From Mobula hypostoma (Eukaryota), in the NCBI RefSeq assembly GCF_963921235.1, contig NC_086098.1, positions 8,370,001 to 8,434,000 on the forward strand: 64,000 nucleotides of DNA, in the 5' to 3' direction. Shown one piece after another: positions 12,009 through 24,606 of the stretch. Within the stretch, counting starts at the first letter, position 1. Every line of letters begins with the position of its first letter. A program made the translations under genes and the position numbers. The notes under the pieces were generated by a model. It was not told the DNA's origin and searched no databases. It saw only the letters and a program-made list of their open reading frames with translations.

Positions 12009-13112
12009 TTCCTTGAGATTGTTATAGCTGGCGGTAATGGGGACAAGCTCCCATTACCTATTAAATGTTCCCAATGTCCTGCGTCTCAAATAGCCTCTGA
12101 CAACCAAGTCCAGCTCCTGGCCTTCACGTGTGGCTTAGCTACTAAGCCCAGCAAAACCATTTCTACTGACAGGAGAAGGGGCAAAGACAGGTTACTGGCT
12201 CCTTAAAACCAATTGCTGTGAGCAGATGGGGGTCATCAGCCGTGGTTGGCAGCTCATCTAGGAGAAGGAAAACTCTGATCTCAAACCTCTGCTCACTTGC
12301 ACCCATAGCCACTCATGGGGAAGTGTCAGTACCTCCAGTTGAACTTTGTCTTTTTGTGTGTTTTCCCCCGAGCTGTCAGTCTGTGGTTTGTATTGTCATG
12401 TGCTCTTGTTTGTTTTTGTGCCCCATGTGCTCCTGTCCCTGCTCCTGCTCTACTCCGGCCCCTGTATTACTGAGTTCTCCGTCTCTCACCTGCTTCTCAT
12501 TATTACCTTTGCTGCCACCTGTGTCTCATCGTGCTCCACCTATCATCTGCCTCTCTGTTTATTGCTCAGTGTATTTCAGTCCCGTGTTTTCACCTGTTTG
12601 TTGCCAGATTGTGCCAGTGAGTTTTCCTGAGCCTTTTAGCATTTGTGCCTGTACTCTGTCCATCCAAATATTGACTCTACCTGTTTCCCGAGTCTGGTTT
12701 TTGGATTTCTCTGGATGTTTTGATCTTTGCCTGAACTTTGACGCCAACTTTGTTCACACCTCAGGATTTGTTACTCAATTAATATCACTGTGTGCACAGC
12801 GCTGGGTCTGCGATTGGATCCCTGCTCCAGCGTCCTGACAGGAAGGCTTCAGGAGTAAACCCCAAGAGAAAAATCCAGAGCTGGAGTCCCTAAGGCAGTC
12901 TTACATTGAGTTCAAAGCTGACTGGCAACTCCTGCAACACTGCTGGTAGCAAACTGTATTAGTCTCGGCCGTTCCTTTGGGTTCAGCAGATGTGTGCAGA
13001 AGGGGAGCCTGCATGGGAACAGCTTGCTCTCCATATCATACTGCCCAGGCTTGAGTGTCTAGACAGCTAGGATACAACGTTCATGGTCAACCCTGACCAA
13101 CAGGGGCCTCAG
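12009..13112 (+). mobile_element. RTE-related non-autonomous retroelement split by a solo LTR
   Basis: RTE-5'UTR-like CTAGGAGAAGGAAAACTCTG motif; sequence is continuous across the LTR; imperfect flanking duplication ACTG..TTTATAG. Confidence 0.55.
12324..12840. mobile_element. Solo LTR (517 bp)
   Basis: Starts TGTCAG, ends CTGACA; perfect 5-bp TSD GGAAG at 12319-12323 and 12841-12845. Confidence 0.9.
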
Positions 13113-14424
13113 ACTGCTCTTTATAGCAGTATTTTTGATACGTAGAAACTTTTCATTTCATTATTTTTGAAAGCATCGTTGCTTTACAGAAATTTTTTAC
13201 ATGTGCCTAAGACCTCTGCACAGTCATTTAATACGTTTGTAAATTGCTAATCTCAAGAATGTGTTGATTTGTGAACACCACACTTCAGCAAGGATAACGG
13301 TGTTTGAGAGAGAGAAACAGGATGTTTGATGACTCAGATCATAGCTTTGAAATGAAAAATTTATTTATGTGCAGTATAGTTTTTCTTTATAAATTCTATC
13401 GTATTATTTAAATTTTATTCTATGTTGATGCCAGCAAAAAAACGAATCTCAGGGTAGTACAGTGTATGGTGACATACACTACATGTACTTTTCAATAGGT
13501 TTCAAATGTACATTTAATGTCAGAGAAATGTATACAATATACATCCTGAAATTCTTTTGCTTCGCAAACATTCATGAAAACAGAGGAGTGCCCCAAAGAA
13601 TGAATGACAGTTAAATATTAGAACCCCAAAGCCCCCCCCCAGCTCCCCCTCCCAGGCACAAGTAGAAGCAAAACAACGATCCCCCTCCTCCACCAGCAAC
13701 AAAACATTGACCCCTCCACCGAGCACTCAAGCGTGCAGCAAAGCATCAATAAAGACACGGACTTGCAGTCTTCACTTTGATAATAAAGTTACTTTGACTT
13801 TGATTGCCAAGATAAGGAGGGCATTTTTAAACATATTGTTGTTGTCAGCTGGAATACTCTGCTTGACATTGTTGTTGAAGCAAATTGAAAAACATACTCC
13901 AAAGGGAAATTTGATCTTTTTGGAGAGCATTTCAGGCATTGGGAGGGGAGCAGGTGCTGGAAGGTATGTTTATAAGTGGATAGCACTTTCAGAAGGATAG
14001 CAGATGGGCTGAATGTATTTGCATATGATGCAACTCAATGTACAGGAGTAACAACCTGATTCTTGAGTCATTATGCCATTGACCCAGATTCCTGGGCGAA
14101 CTAATCGAGGACATGAGTGTATTACCAAAACACCGAGGGATTTAAATCCGATTCATTAAATAATCTGAACTAATAGGGATAGTCAATAATGTTGATCATA
14201 AAATAGCTTTTCATGTCAGAAATCTACCTTTCTTACCCGGCCAATAAGTGACTTCAGAGCAGGGAAACATGGTGAACATTGAACGATCCTGCAAGTAGCA
14301 CAGCACGTCAGAGAATGAATGAAATGGGATGGAATCCAGCCGAGGACCTGCCCTCTTCTCATTGCTGTCATCAGGAAGGAGGGTCAGGAGCCTAAAGACA
14401 CACACTCAACGTTTCAGGAACAGG

Positions 14425-14958
14425 AGCCACACTTGGAGTATTGTGTCCGGTTCTGGTCACCTCACTATAGGAAGGATATGGAAGCATTGGAAAGGGTACA
14501 GAGGAGATTTACCAGGATGCTGCCTGGTTTAGACAGTATGCATTATGATCAGAGATTAAGGGAGCTAGGGCTTTACTCTTTGGAGAGAAGGAGGATGAGA
14601 GGAGACATGATAGAGGTGTACAAGATAATAAGAGGAACAGATAGAGTGGATAGCCAGCGCCTCTTCCCCAGGGCACTACTGCTCAATACAAGAGGACATG
14701 GCTTTAAGGTAAGGGGTGGGAAGTTCAAGGGGGATATTAGAGGAAGGTTTTTTACTCAGAGAGTGGTTGGTGCATGGAATGCACTGCCTGAGTCAGTGGT
14801 GGAGGCAGATACACTAGTGAAGTTTAAGAGACTACTAGACAGGTATATGGAGGAATCTAAGGTGGGGGCTTATATGGGAGGCAGAGTTTGAGGGTCGGCA
14901 CAACATTGTGGGCCGAAGGGCCTGTACTGTGCTGTACTATTCTATGTTCCATGTTCTA
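14425..14958 (+). mobile_element. 5'-truncated CR1 (CTATGTT-tail subfamily) inserted into a Rex 3' remnant
   Basis: ORF 14319..14891 PHLEYCVRFWSP...; near-identical to 62165-62780. Confidence 0.9.
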
Positions 14959-15998
14959 AGGCGCACTCTCAGTGTTTCAGGAATAGGTTCTTCCACTCTG
15001 CCAACAGATTTCTGAATGAACCATGCACCCATGAATCCAGTGAAACACCCCCACCACCCAAGACCTGCCCTTTCCTCATTGCTATCGTCAGAGAGGAAGT
15101 ACAGGAGCCTGAAGACACACACCCTACATGTTAGGAACAGCTTCTTCCGCACTATCATCAGATTTCTGAATGGGCAATGAACCCATGACCACTACCACAG
15201 TACTTTTGCATTACTTATTTTATATTTATATTTCTTATTGCAATTTAATTATATTTTATGTATGGCAGTGTACAACTGCCACAAAACAAGTTTCACAATA
15301 TATGTCGGTGATAACGAACTTGATTCTGATCCCTTCTCTCCTCCCCCCATTTGCTTCTGATTGCTTTTCTCTTTGTTTCTTCACCCTATTTAACTATTTC
15401 ACATCTGTGTTCCTGCTTGCAGCTCATTCAACCCAGGTAACAGGAGCCAATAAATTATTTCTCAGCAGGACATCTTCCATTTCTCCTACTGGGAATGAAC
15501 AAATCAAGTGGCCTGTGCTAGGCCCAGAACACCAGTGAAATCATATAGAAGGTGCATATGAACTTATTGAATGGCCTGTGCTGGGCCCAGAACGCTGATG
15601 AAACTGTATAGAAGGCACACCAGCATTTTTACTCTCTTAAAAGGTTAAGGAGGTTTGGCGTGTTATGGAACATACTAACAAAACTGTTACAGATGACCGG
15701 TGAAACTATCCTGACTGGTTGCATGGTGGTCTGGTATGGCAGTTGGTGTGGACAGGAATAGTAGAAGCTGCTGAGAGTAGAAGTCTCACCTCAATGCCCA
15801 CCACCAGTGGGATCTATAGGAGGCATTGTGTAAAGAAGGCAACAGATAGTATCAAAAATTCCCACCATGCTGGGCCATGCCAGCTTCTCACAGCTACCAA
15901 TGGGCAAGAAGTTCAGAAGCCTGATGTCCTACACCCAGGTTCACATACAACAGCTTCTCTTCAACCATTCGGTTCTTGAACCAACCTGCTTTTCCCAA

Positions 15999-16091
15999 CA
16001 CACATCAAAGTTGCTGGTGAACGCAGCAGGCCAAGCAGCATCTATAGGAAGAGGCGCAGTCGACGTTTCAGGCCGAGACCCTTCGTCAGGA
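15999..16091 (-). mobile_element. 93-bp Penelope terminal fragment carrying a hammerhead motif
   Basis: Matches the Penelope terminus 53319-53410; 13-bp TSD CTGCTTTTCCCAA at 15986-15998 and 16092-16104. Confidence 0.88.
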
Positions 16092-16095
16092 CTGC
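16056..16095 (-). ncRNA. Minimal type I hammerhead ribozyme motif
   Basis: GCAGTC-CTGACGA-A-GGGTCTCGGCCT-GAAA-CGTC^GACTGC on the minus strand. Confidence 0.75.
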
Positions 16096-16329
16096 TTTTC
16101 CCAATCACTTTCTAGGGATGGAAACACAATGACCACTTTGCATACAATGGACATTTTCTTTGAAGTTCAAAGTTCTCATCGTGTTTTCTCTGGTAAAACT
16201 TGTGCATGATTTATGTTTAATTTACTCTTTATTTTTCTTGTGAATGCTGCTTATATCATGCCAGGTGCCTGTGAAACTGCTGCGTTGAGAATTTTCATTG
16301 CCTCAGCAAGGGCCTGGACCCACTACAAT

Positions 16330-17890
16330 TTGCCAATCTCCACAATAGATCTATGGCAGAACGCAATCTCACTGGCTCTTCACACGGCCTTAGATCACCT
16401 GGACAGCACACACACACACCTATGTTAGGATGCTGTTCATTGAGTATGGCTCAGCATTTAACACCATCGTTCCCAAGGTCCTGATTGATAAGCTACAGAA
16501 ACTGGGCCTCCTTCTGCAATTGGATCCTTGACTTCCTGATCAGAAGACCACAACCTGTGTGGTTTAGTGATAATATGTCCTCCTCGCTGATTATCAACAC
16601 TGGCACACCTCAAGGATGTGTGCTTAGCCCACTGCTCTACTCTCTACGCCCATGACTGTCTAGCTAGGCATAGCTCAAATGCCATCTATAAATTTGCAAC
16701 CATTTTCGGCAGAGTTCCAGATGGAGATGAGAGGGTGTATGGGAGCGAGATATACCGGCTAGTGTAGCAATGACCTTGCTCTCAGTGTCAGTAAGACAGA
16801 AGAGCTGGTTGTGAACTTCAGAAAGGGTGGGACGAGGAAACACGAACCAATCCTCATAGAAGGATCAGAAATAGGGAGAGTGAGCAATTTTAAGTTCCTG
16901 AGTGTCAAGATCTCTGAGGATCTAACCTGGTCCTAACATATCAATGCAGCTGTAAAAAAGGCAAGACAGCAACTATATTTCATGAGGAGTTTGAGGAGAT
17001 TTGGCTTGTCACCAAAACGTCTATAGATGTACTGTGGAGAGCATCCTAACTGGCTGCATCACTGCCTGGTATGGGGGGTGGGAGGTGGGGGGGGCTACTG
17101 CACCGGATCAAAAGAAGCAACAAAAAGTTGTAAAATTAGTCAGATCCATCTTGGGTACTAGCCTCCACGGTATCCAAGACACCTTCAAGGAGCGGTGCCT
17201 CAGAAAGGCAACATCCTCTATTAAAGACCCCCATCATGTTACCATCTTCTCAATGTTACGATCAGGAAGGAGATACAGAAGCCTGAGGAAAACACTCAGC
17301 AATTCAGGAATAGCTTCTTCCTCTCTGCCATACGGTTCCTAAACGGACCATGAACCCATGAGCACCATCTCACTTTTTTAAAATTATTTCTGTTTTTGCA
17401 CTATTTTTAATTTAACTATTTAATATACATATACTTAATTATATAGGCATCTGTAATTTATATAGGCATCCGTTAGGCGTAGTTACATGGATTTGCGCCT
17501 TGGAATGTTTCTAAGGCTTGGGCAAGGTTGCATGGAAAGCCAGCAGTTGCCCATGCTGCAGGTCTCCCCTCTCCACGCCACTGATGTTGTCCAAGGGAAG
17601 GGCATTAGTTCCCATACAGCTTGGCACCGGTGTCGTCGCAGAGCAATGTGTGGTTAAGTGCCTTGCTCGAGGACACAACACGTTGCCTCAGCCAAGGCTC
17701 GAACTAACGATCTTCAGATCATTAGACGAACGCCTTAACCACTTGGCCACGCGCCAACACATACATATACTTACTGTAATTGATTTCCTTATTTTTTTCC
17801 TTCTATATTATCATGTATTGCATTGTACTGCTGCCACTAAGTAAACAATTTTCATGACACACACCGATGATATTAAACCTGATTCTGATT
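16330..17890 (+). mobile_element. Decayed 5'-truncated Rex1/Babar LINE with (GATTCT)n tail
   Basis: Colinear with 6680-8580 ([16 protein letters not shown] 17001..17342 [14 protein letters not shown]). Confidence 0.85.
17464..17760 (-). mobile_element. tRNA/CORE/RTE-tail SINE (copy 2) inserted in a Rex 3' UTR
   Basis: A/B boxes on the minus strand; 13-bp TSD ATACATATACTTA at 17425-17437 and 17761-17773. Confidence 0.85.
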
Positions 17891-18082
17891 TTGTTCTTGA
17901 ACCTAAGATAATAAACCTGACTTTCAGTGTTTACCCTGAACTCTGTACCAGTTGCAAAATCGTACCAATAGTTGATTCTGCTTGGATTCAAAGGAAGGGA
18001 ATGATTGTAAGTGTTCAGGATGTTGATATTTTTTAACATGTATAAAGATTTTTTAACGTGTATAAAGATTCAGACAGGCAAT

Positions 18083-18620
18083 ATACACAAAATGCTGGAG
18101 GAACTCAGCAAGTCAAGCAACTGGGCTGCTGTATGACCTCCAGCACTTTTGTGTGTATTGTTCTAAATTTCCAGAATCTGCAGAATCTCTTCTGCTTTTC
18201 AGATATAATATAATTTTAAAATGTACTTTTAATCTTCCTTTTCTTTGGAATCACCGAAAGATTCTTAATTTAGATTTTTTGAGTAATTAAATATGTTCAC
18301 AAGTGATTAGGGCTTTCTCAAACGTTCTACATTCAGCTCACTTGAATACATTCTTTTCTTTCTTTTAGTAAGGTGTTAAGTCTGCAAAATATTCCACAAC
18401 ATGCAGAGTGTTTCAATGTCTTGTCTGTTCCACTTGGGAGTATCGCTTAGCCAGTGGCATATGAGATTCTGCAGATCTTGAGCAACACACAAACAACACT
18501 GGAGGAACTCAGCAGGTCAGACAGCATCTATGGAGAGGAATAAACTGTAAATGTACTAGGCTTTGTTGAAGGGTTGAGGCCTGAAATGTCAACTCTTCAT
18601 TTCTCTCCATAGATGATGCC
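18083..18620. mobile_element. Two fold-back pairs of Penelope-terminus-derived short repeats (18083-18195 and 18466-18620)
   Basis: CACAAAATGCTGGAGG...CCTCCAGCACTTTTGTG and CATCTATGGAGAG...CTCTCCATAGATG inverted arms; similar to the Penelope 3' terminus. Confidence 0.65.
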
Positions 18621-18669
18621 TTATGAAGATTAGTTTTATTTGTCATATGTACAATCAAACACCCAGTGA

Positions 18670-21600
18670 AATGCCAGTGGCCCAGTCACCAGAGCACAAC
18701 GAGGAGGTTTCTCGCGGGTTGGTCGTGCTTGTTTAAAGGGAGAGCTTCACGGGCGTTCAGTGTCATTCCAGTGGCCCAGTCAGTGGTGAGACAGCACAGG
18801 GAGGAGTAAGTAAAAGTACAGAAGGGACAAGCAGAGTGGCCATTGTTGGGAGTGAGCCAGTGGTGAGAGCGGGAGAGTCGGGCTTTGGCTCAAAGGAGGC
18901 TTCAGCTTGGAAGAGACGTTGGCTCTGGGTAAGTTGTCCAGATGAGTTTCTGTTAAGTTTCTCTTTTTTCTTACTGCATCAGGGATACGTAGTGTAGTTT
19001 AAATAGCCATTGTGTGTTCTTCATGCCGGAGGTCGGAGAGTCTTCCAGGGAACTACATCGGTGTGAAGTGCATCTGACTGCAGCTCCTTGAAGACCGTGT
19101 TAGGGATCTGGAGCAGCAGCTGGATGGCATTTGGCTTGTACGGAAGAGTGAGGAGATCATCGACCAGAGTCACAGGGAAGTAGTCACCCCGAAGTTGCAG
19201 GTGACAGGCAGGAGAAGGAATGGGAAGCTGAACAGGCAGTTAGCACAGAGCTCCCCTGTGGTGATTCGCCTTAATAATAAATATACTGTTTTGGGTACAG
19301 TTGTGGGGGATGACCAGGTTACTGGCACTGAGCATGGGTTCGTGGTGCAGAAGGGAAAGAGGGAGAAGGGAACATTAGAGATAGAAGACTCAATAGTCAA
19401 GGGAACAGACAGGATATTCTGTGGATGTGAACAGGACACCCGAATGGTATGTTGCCTCCAAGATGCCAGGGTCAGGGGCATCTTAGATCCCATCCACAAC
19501 ATTTTGGAGGGGGGGGGAGAGCAGCCAGATATCTTGGTACATACTGGTACCAATGACATAAGAAGGAAAAGCAAAGAGGTCCTGAAAAGAGAATTTAGAG
19601 AGCTAGGTAGAAAGCTGAGAAGCAGGACCTCCTGGGCAGTAGTTTCTGGATTGCTGCCTGTGCCAAGCACCAGCGAGGGTAGAAACAGGATGATTTGGCA
19701 GACAAATGTGTAGCTGAGAAGCTGGTGTTGGGGGCAGGGCTTCAGGTTCTTGGATCATTGGGATCCTGTACAAAAGGAATGGGTTGCACAATATCCCAGA
19801 GGGCAGTTTTGTTAGAGCTGTTGGGGAGGGTTTAAGATAATTTGTTGGGAGAATCGGAATCAGAGTGAAGGGAATTGTGATAGGACACATAGTAAAAAAG
19901 CAAAGATGGAAAAGACTGTCAGGAAGAGCAGGGAAATTATAAGACAAAATTGCAGCCTGCAGGATGAGCATCAGTGCATCAGGGATGCAGAATCAAAAGG
20001 GGTAGCAAATACAGCACTCAGAAAGTGTGATATCTCAATGCACGGAGTATAAGAAATAAGGTGGAAGATCTTGTGGCACAATTACAGATTGCCAGGTATG
20101 GTGTTGTGACCATCACTGAATTGTGGCTGAAGGATGGTTGTAGTTGGGAGCTGAATGTCCAAGGTTACACATTGTATCGGAGGGATAGGAAGGTCGACAG
20201 AAAGGTTGGCATGGCTTGCTGGTAAAGAATGGCATCAAATCAGTAGGAAGATGTGACGTAGGATCAGAAGATGTTGAATCCTTGTGGATTGAGTTAAGAA
20301 ACTGCAAGGGTAAAAGGACCCTGATGGCAGTTGTATACAGACCTCCCAAAAGTAGCTGGGACGTGGACCACAAATTACAACAGGAAGTAGAAAAGTTGAG
20401 TCAAAAGGGCAATGATATGACAGTTATGGGAGATTTTAACATGCAGATAGGTTGGAAAAATCAATTTGGTAATGGATCTCAAGAGAGTGAGTTTGTTGAA
20501 TGCCTATGAGATGGCTTTTTAGTGCAGTTTGTCATTGAGCCTACCATGGGATTAGTTATACTGGATTGGGTGTTACGTATTGAACTGGATGTGCATAGGG
20601 GGCATAAGGTAAAGGCTGCTTACCAGCTTAAGAAAGTTACAGGAAAGTTATTAGCATGGTTAGAGCATTGGCTAATTGGTAGGAGGCAGCGAGTGGGAAT
20701 AAAACAATCCTTTTCTGGTTGGCTGCCAGTGACGAGTGGTGTTCCACAGGGGTCAGTGTTGGGACCACTTCTTTTTATGCTGCATGTCAATGATTTAGAT
20801 AATGGAATACATGGCTTTGTTGCCAAGTTTGCAGATGATATGAAGATTGGTGGAGGGCAGGTAGTGTTGAGGAAACAGGAAGGCAGCAGAAGGACTTAGA
20901 CAGGTCAACCTGCAAGTTAACCTTTAGGGTGTTCTGCACACGCATTAGGGTGTTCTGCACAGGGACCCTCATGTCCCTTTGTATCTCATAATTTGGGATT
21001 TCCTCAGCATTACCTACCCCTCCACCTATCTTCGTATCATCTGAAAACTTTGCTACGAACCCATCAATTACTTTTTCTAAATCATTGACAAACAATATGA
21101 AAAGCAGCTTTTCCAAAAGGGAGAAAATCCAAAAATCTGAGATGTAAAGGGACTTGGGAGTCCTTGTGCAGAACACGCTAATGGTTGACTTGCAGGTTGA
21201 GTTGGTGGTGAATGTTAGCATTCATTTCAAAAGGTCTAGAATACAAGAGCAGGGATGTGGTGCTGAGGCTTTATAAGGCACTGGTGAGGCCTCATCTTGA
21301 GTATTATGAACAGTTTTGGGCTCCTTATCTGAGAAAAGATGTGCTGGCATTGGAGAGAGTCCAGAGGAGGTTCAGAAGGATGATTCCGGGAATGAAAGGG
21401 TTATCATACGAGGAACGTTTGATAACTCTGGGTCTGTACTCAGTGGAATTTAGAAGCATGAGGGGGATCTCACTGAAACCTTTTGATTGTTGACAGTGTA
21501 GATGTGGAAAGGCTGTTTCCAGTAGCGGGGGGAGTCTAGGACAAGAGGGCACAGCCTCAGGAGAGAGGGGCATCCATTTAAAGCAGAGATGCGGAGAAAT

Positions 21601-21825
21601 TTCTTCACCAGAGGGTAGTGATTTTGTTACCAGAGGTAGCTGTGGAGGCCAGTTTGATGAGTGTATTTAAGGTGGAGATTGATAGGTCCTTGATTGGCCC
21701 TGGCATCAAAGGTTATTGGGAGAAGGCCAGGGAGTGGGGCTGAGGAGGGGAAAAAAGGATCAGCCATGATTGAATGTTGGAGCAGACTCAATGGGCCAAG
21801 TGGCCTAATTCTGCTCCTGTGTCTT
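18670..21825 (+). mobile_element. Decayed, rearranged near-full-length CR1 (5' UTR, ORF1 with SGNH esterase, ORF2 with deletion and internal inversion); possibly a mosaic of more than one copy
   Basis: ORF 19195..19713 (DSIVKG..VHTGTND, SGNH-like); endonuclease ORF 20216..20509; RT ORFs 20522..20899 and 21212..21493; inverted segment ~20905-21110. Confidence 0.8.
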
Positions 21826-21905
21826 AGCATGCCGACAACTTACTGATGCTAATCATACAACTTTGGAATGTGGCCTTTGTGATTGAAACCTGTGGTTTAC
21901 ATTTC

Positions 21906-24606
21906 TTTTTTTTTTAATTTTATTTTTATTTGGATAAGGAGTTCACAATTATCATGTACTTTTTTCACACATATAACCTTTTCCATTTTTTTATATGTAT
22001 AAAACTACAATTATTTATACATTCTTAAGTACACATTGAGATGATATAAAAGCAAAATAAACATTTAAATAGATAATTATGTACTGTGGTAAATCTAACC
22101 TATTAGGCTAAGTAATGAAATTAGTTGTTAAGAAAAATGGTAATAATAGTTTCCATACAACCCTTCTGGACCATTTCCACTGGTCCAAAATGTTGCATAC
22201 AAGCCTATATACCAACCATTGTAGGTGTTTATATCCCAATTTGTTCGTGCTTGTTCCTGCCCGCAGACATAATTATCCAATCCCTATGTACTTATTTACT
22301 TAATTTTTTCATTTTTTTTTATCCCTTTCCCAAATCTTTCCCTTTACTTGTGTTAATTCTCTATTTTCCAAAAAAAAACAACAAACATGTAGACTAGGGG
22401 TGCTTACGTTAGCAATATTACTGTGTTGATGAGAAGAGCAATATAAATCATTAGGAGAGTCATCTAAAGTCTGCTCGCATTGGGGTTATATATTCAATCC
22501 ATTTATTCCAGATTTGATAAAATGTTTCTTTTTGAGTTCTCAGGGAGTAGGTCAACTTTTCCATTTTAAATATTTCCAAGATAATTTCGTACCAATCTGC
22601 TAATGTAGGTGGTATTGGATTTAGCCATTTTCTAGTGATTGATTTCTTACTTGCTGCTAAGAGGGCCTGCAGCAACTTTATATCTTCCTTCTGTTCAAGG
22701 AACAATACATGCCCCAAATACAGCGTCTCAAAGTTCAGAGGTATCTGGGACCTAAGTACCTTAACTAATGTTCTATGAATACCTTCCCAAAATAGACTTA
22801 ATTTAGGGCAATCCCAGAAAATATGAAAATGATTTGCCTCCTTGGAGCCGCACCTTCTCCAACACATCACATTTGTATCTTTATATTTTTCCTAATATGG
22901 GGTCTTGAAGTATCTTATAATGTTTTTCCAACAATGTTCTCTCCAAGTCAAAGAATTAGTCGAGGACCATTGAAAGCTGCAGATTTTCCCCCAAGCCTCC
23001 TCTGAAAGTACCAACCCCGCTTCTTTCTCCCACTTCTCTTTAATATACAGTGTATTTACATTTTTAGCATGGGAGAGTGCATTATGTAGGCGAGAAACTG
23101 ATTTACTAGGTATTGAACTGCAAGCCGAATCCAGAATCTTGAAAAATTCTAATTCTACTGTTGATAGGTCTGTATATCTACAACTCTGGTTAACATAGTT
23201 TCGTATTTGAAGGTACCTAAAAAAGTCATTATGTTCTAGGCCATGTTTGTCCTGCAGGATTTGGAAACTTTGTAATACTCTTTTATCTATAAATGAGAGG
23301 TAGGTTGTAAGACCTTTCTTTATCCATAGCTCAAATCTTTTATCTCCTCTGTTGGGAAGGAATTCGGTATCATATGCACACCATCTAAAGAGTTTTAGCA
23401 TGTTATTAATTCCACATGAATTAACCACCTTCTGCCATACTTTTAATGTAAGATTTATCCAAGCATTATTAAATTTTTCCAACTGGGCCATCAATCCTTT
23501 GTCAGCTATTGAGGCCTGAAGAGGAAAACTGTCAACTAATCCAAATTCTATTTCCTTCCATCTAGCCTTATATTCCCTATTACACCAATATAACAGAGAG
23601 GTTATCTGTGAGGCATAAAAATAATTTCTCAGGCAAGGAAGAACCATACCTCCTCTTTCCTTCCCTAACTGTAAGGTGTTATATCGAATTCTAGGTTTCC
23701 TTCCTTGACAAATGAAGCGGAAAATCCATTTGTCCCATTCCCTGAATTGATTATCATCCACCTCCACTGGTAAAGTACGGAAAAGATATAATAACCGAGG
23801 AAGAATATTCATTTTTATAGTATTTATCCTTGAATTTAAACTTAAAAAGGGGATAAGATTCCATCTATGCATACCTGCTTTTATCTCTGAGATTAATGGC
23901 CCATAATTTACCTGTGACAGTGTTGAAAGATCCTTCGGCAGGGTTATTCCTAAATATTTTAATGATTTAGCTTCCCACTTAAGATCGTATGTATCCTGCA
24001 ATTTTTTGGATGGTGTATAATTTAGGGACATAACCTGCGTTTTCTTTACATTTATTTTATAACCTGATATTTTCCCAAAGTCATCCAACAGTGTAAACAA
24101 TCCTATAAATGATTTTTCTGGTTCACTCAGATAGACCAAAACATCATCTGCGAATAACGCCACTTTCTGTTCAATCCCTGCCACCTTGATACCTTTTACG
24201 ATTTCGCTCTGTCTTATTAGTTGGGCATGTGGTTCAATATATAGCGCAAAAAGGAGAGGAGAAATTGGGCATCCCTGTCTAGTGCCTCTCTCTAAAATGA
24301 AGGAGTCAGAGAGGTCCCCATTTATCTTAATTCGGGCTGTTGGGCTGTCATACAGAGTCTGAATTACTTTAATAAACCTTTCTTGAAAGCCGAATCTTCC
24401 TAACACTCTGTATAGGAATGCCCAACTAACCGAATCAAAAGCTTTCTCAGCGTCCAATCCTACTACCATTATCTCTGTCTCGTTCTTATTAACCTGTTCT
24501 AATATGTGCAGAGTTCTCCTTATGTTGTCCTGTGTTTGTCTTTGTTGAATAAATCCAGTCTGGTCTAAATGGATTAGGCCAGGTAAAAGCTTTTCCAATC
24601 TGCGCG
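21906..24606 (-). mobile_element. 5'-truncated L1-clade LINE with poly(A) tail and 16-bp TSD
   Basis: TSD CTGTGGTTTACATTTC at 21890-21905 and 24607-24622; poly(T) on + at 21906-21915 preceded on the minus strand by AATAAA; L1-type RT motifs. Confidence 0.93.
22460..24598 (-). pseudogene. L1 ORF2 C-terminal part (RT plus Cys-rich domain) with one in-frame TAG at 22892-22894
   Basis: [32 protein letters not shown] 22460..22870 (CWRRCG..H.FWDC) is in the same frame as 22892..24598. Confidence 0.92.

Larger units (their letters stand above)
11705..13224. mobile_element. Tc1-like non-autonomous element hosting nested insertions
   Basis: TIRs CAGTACTGTGCTAAATTCTTAGGCAC (11705) and GTGCCTAAGACCTCTGCACAGT (~13203-13224); same TIR family as 40491-41040. 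Confidence 0.7.

Noticed and set aside
12218..12838. 206-aa Cys/Pro/Ser-rich ORF as a host gene
   Set aside because: Runs across an LTR boundary and through pyrimidine-rich LTR sequence; no domain recognised.
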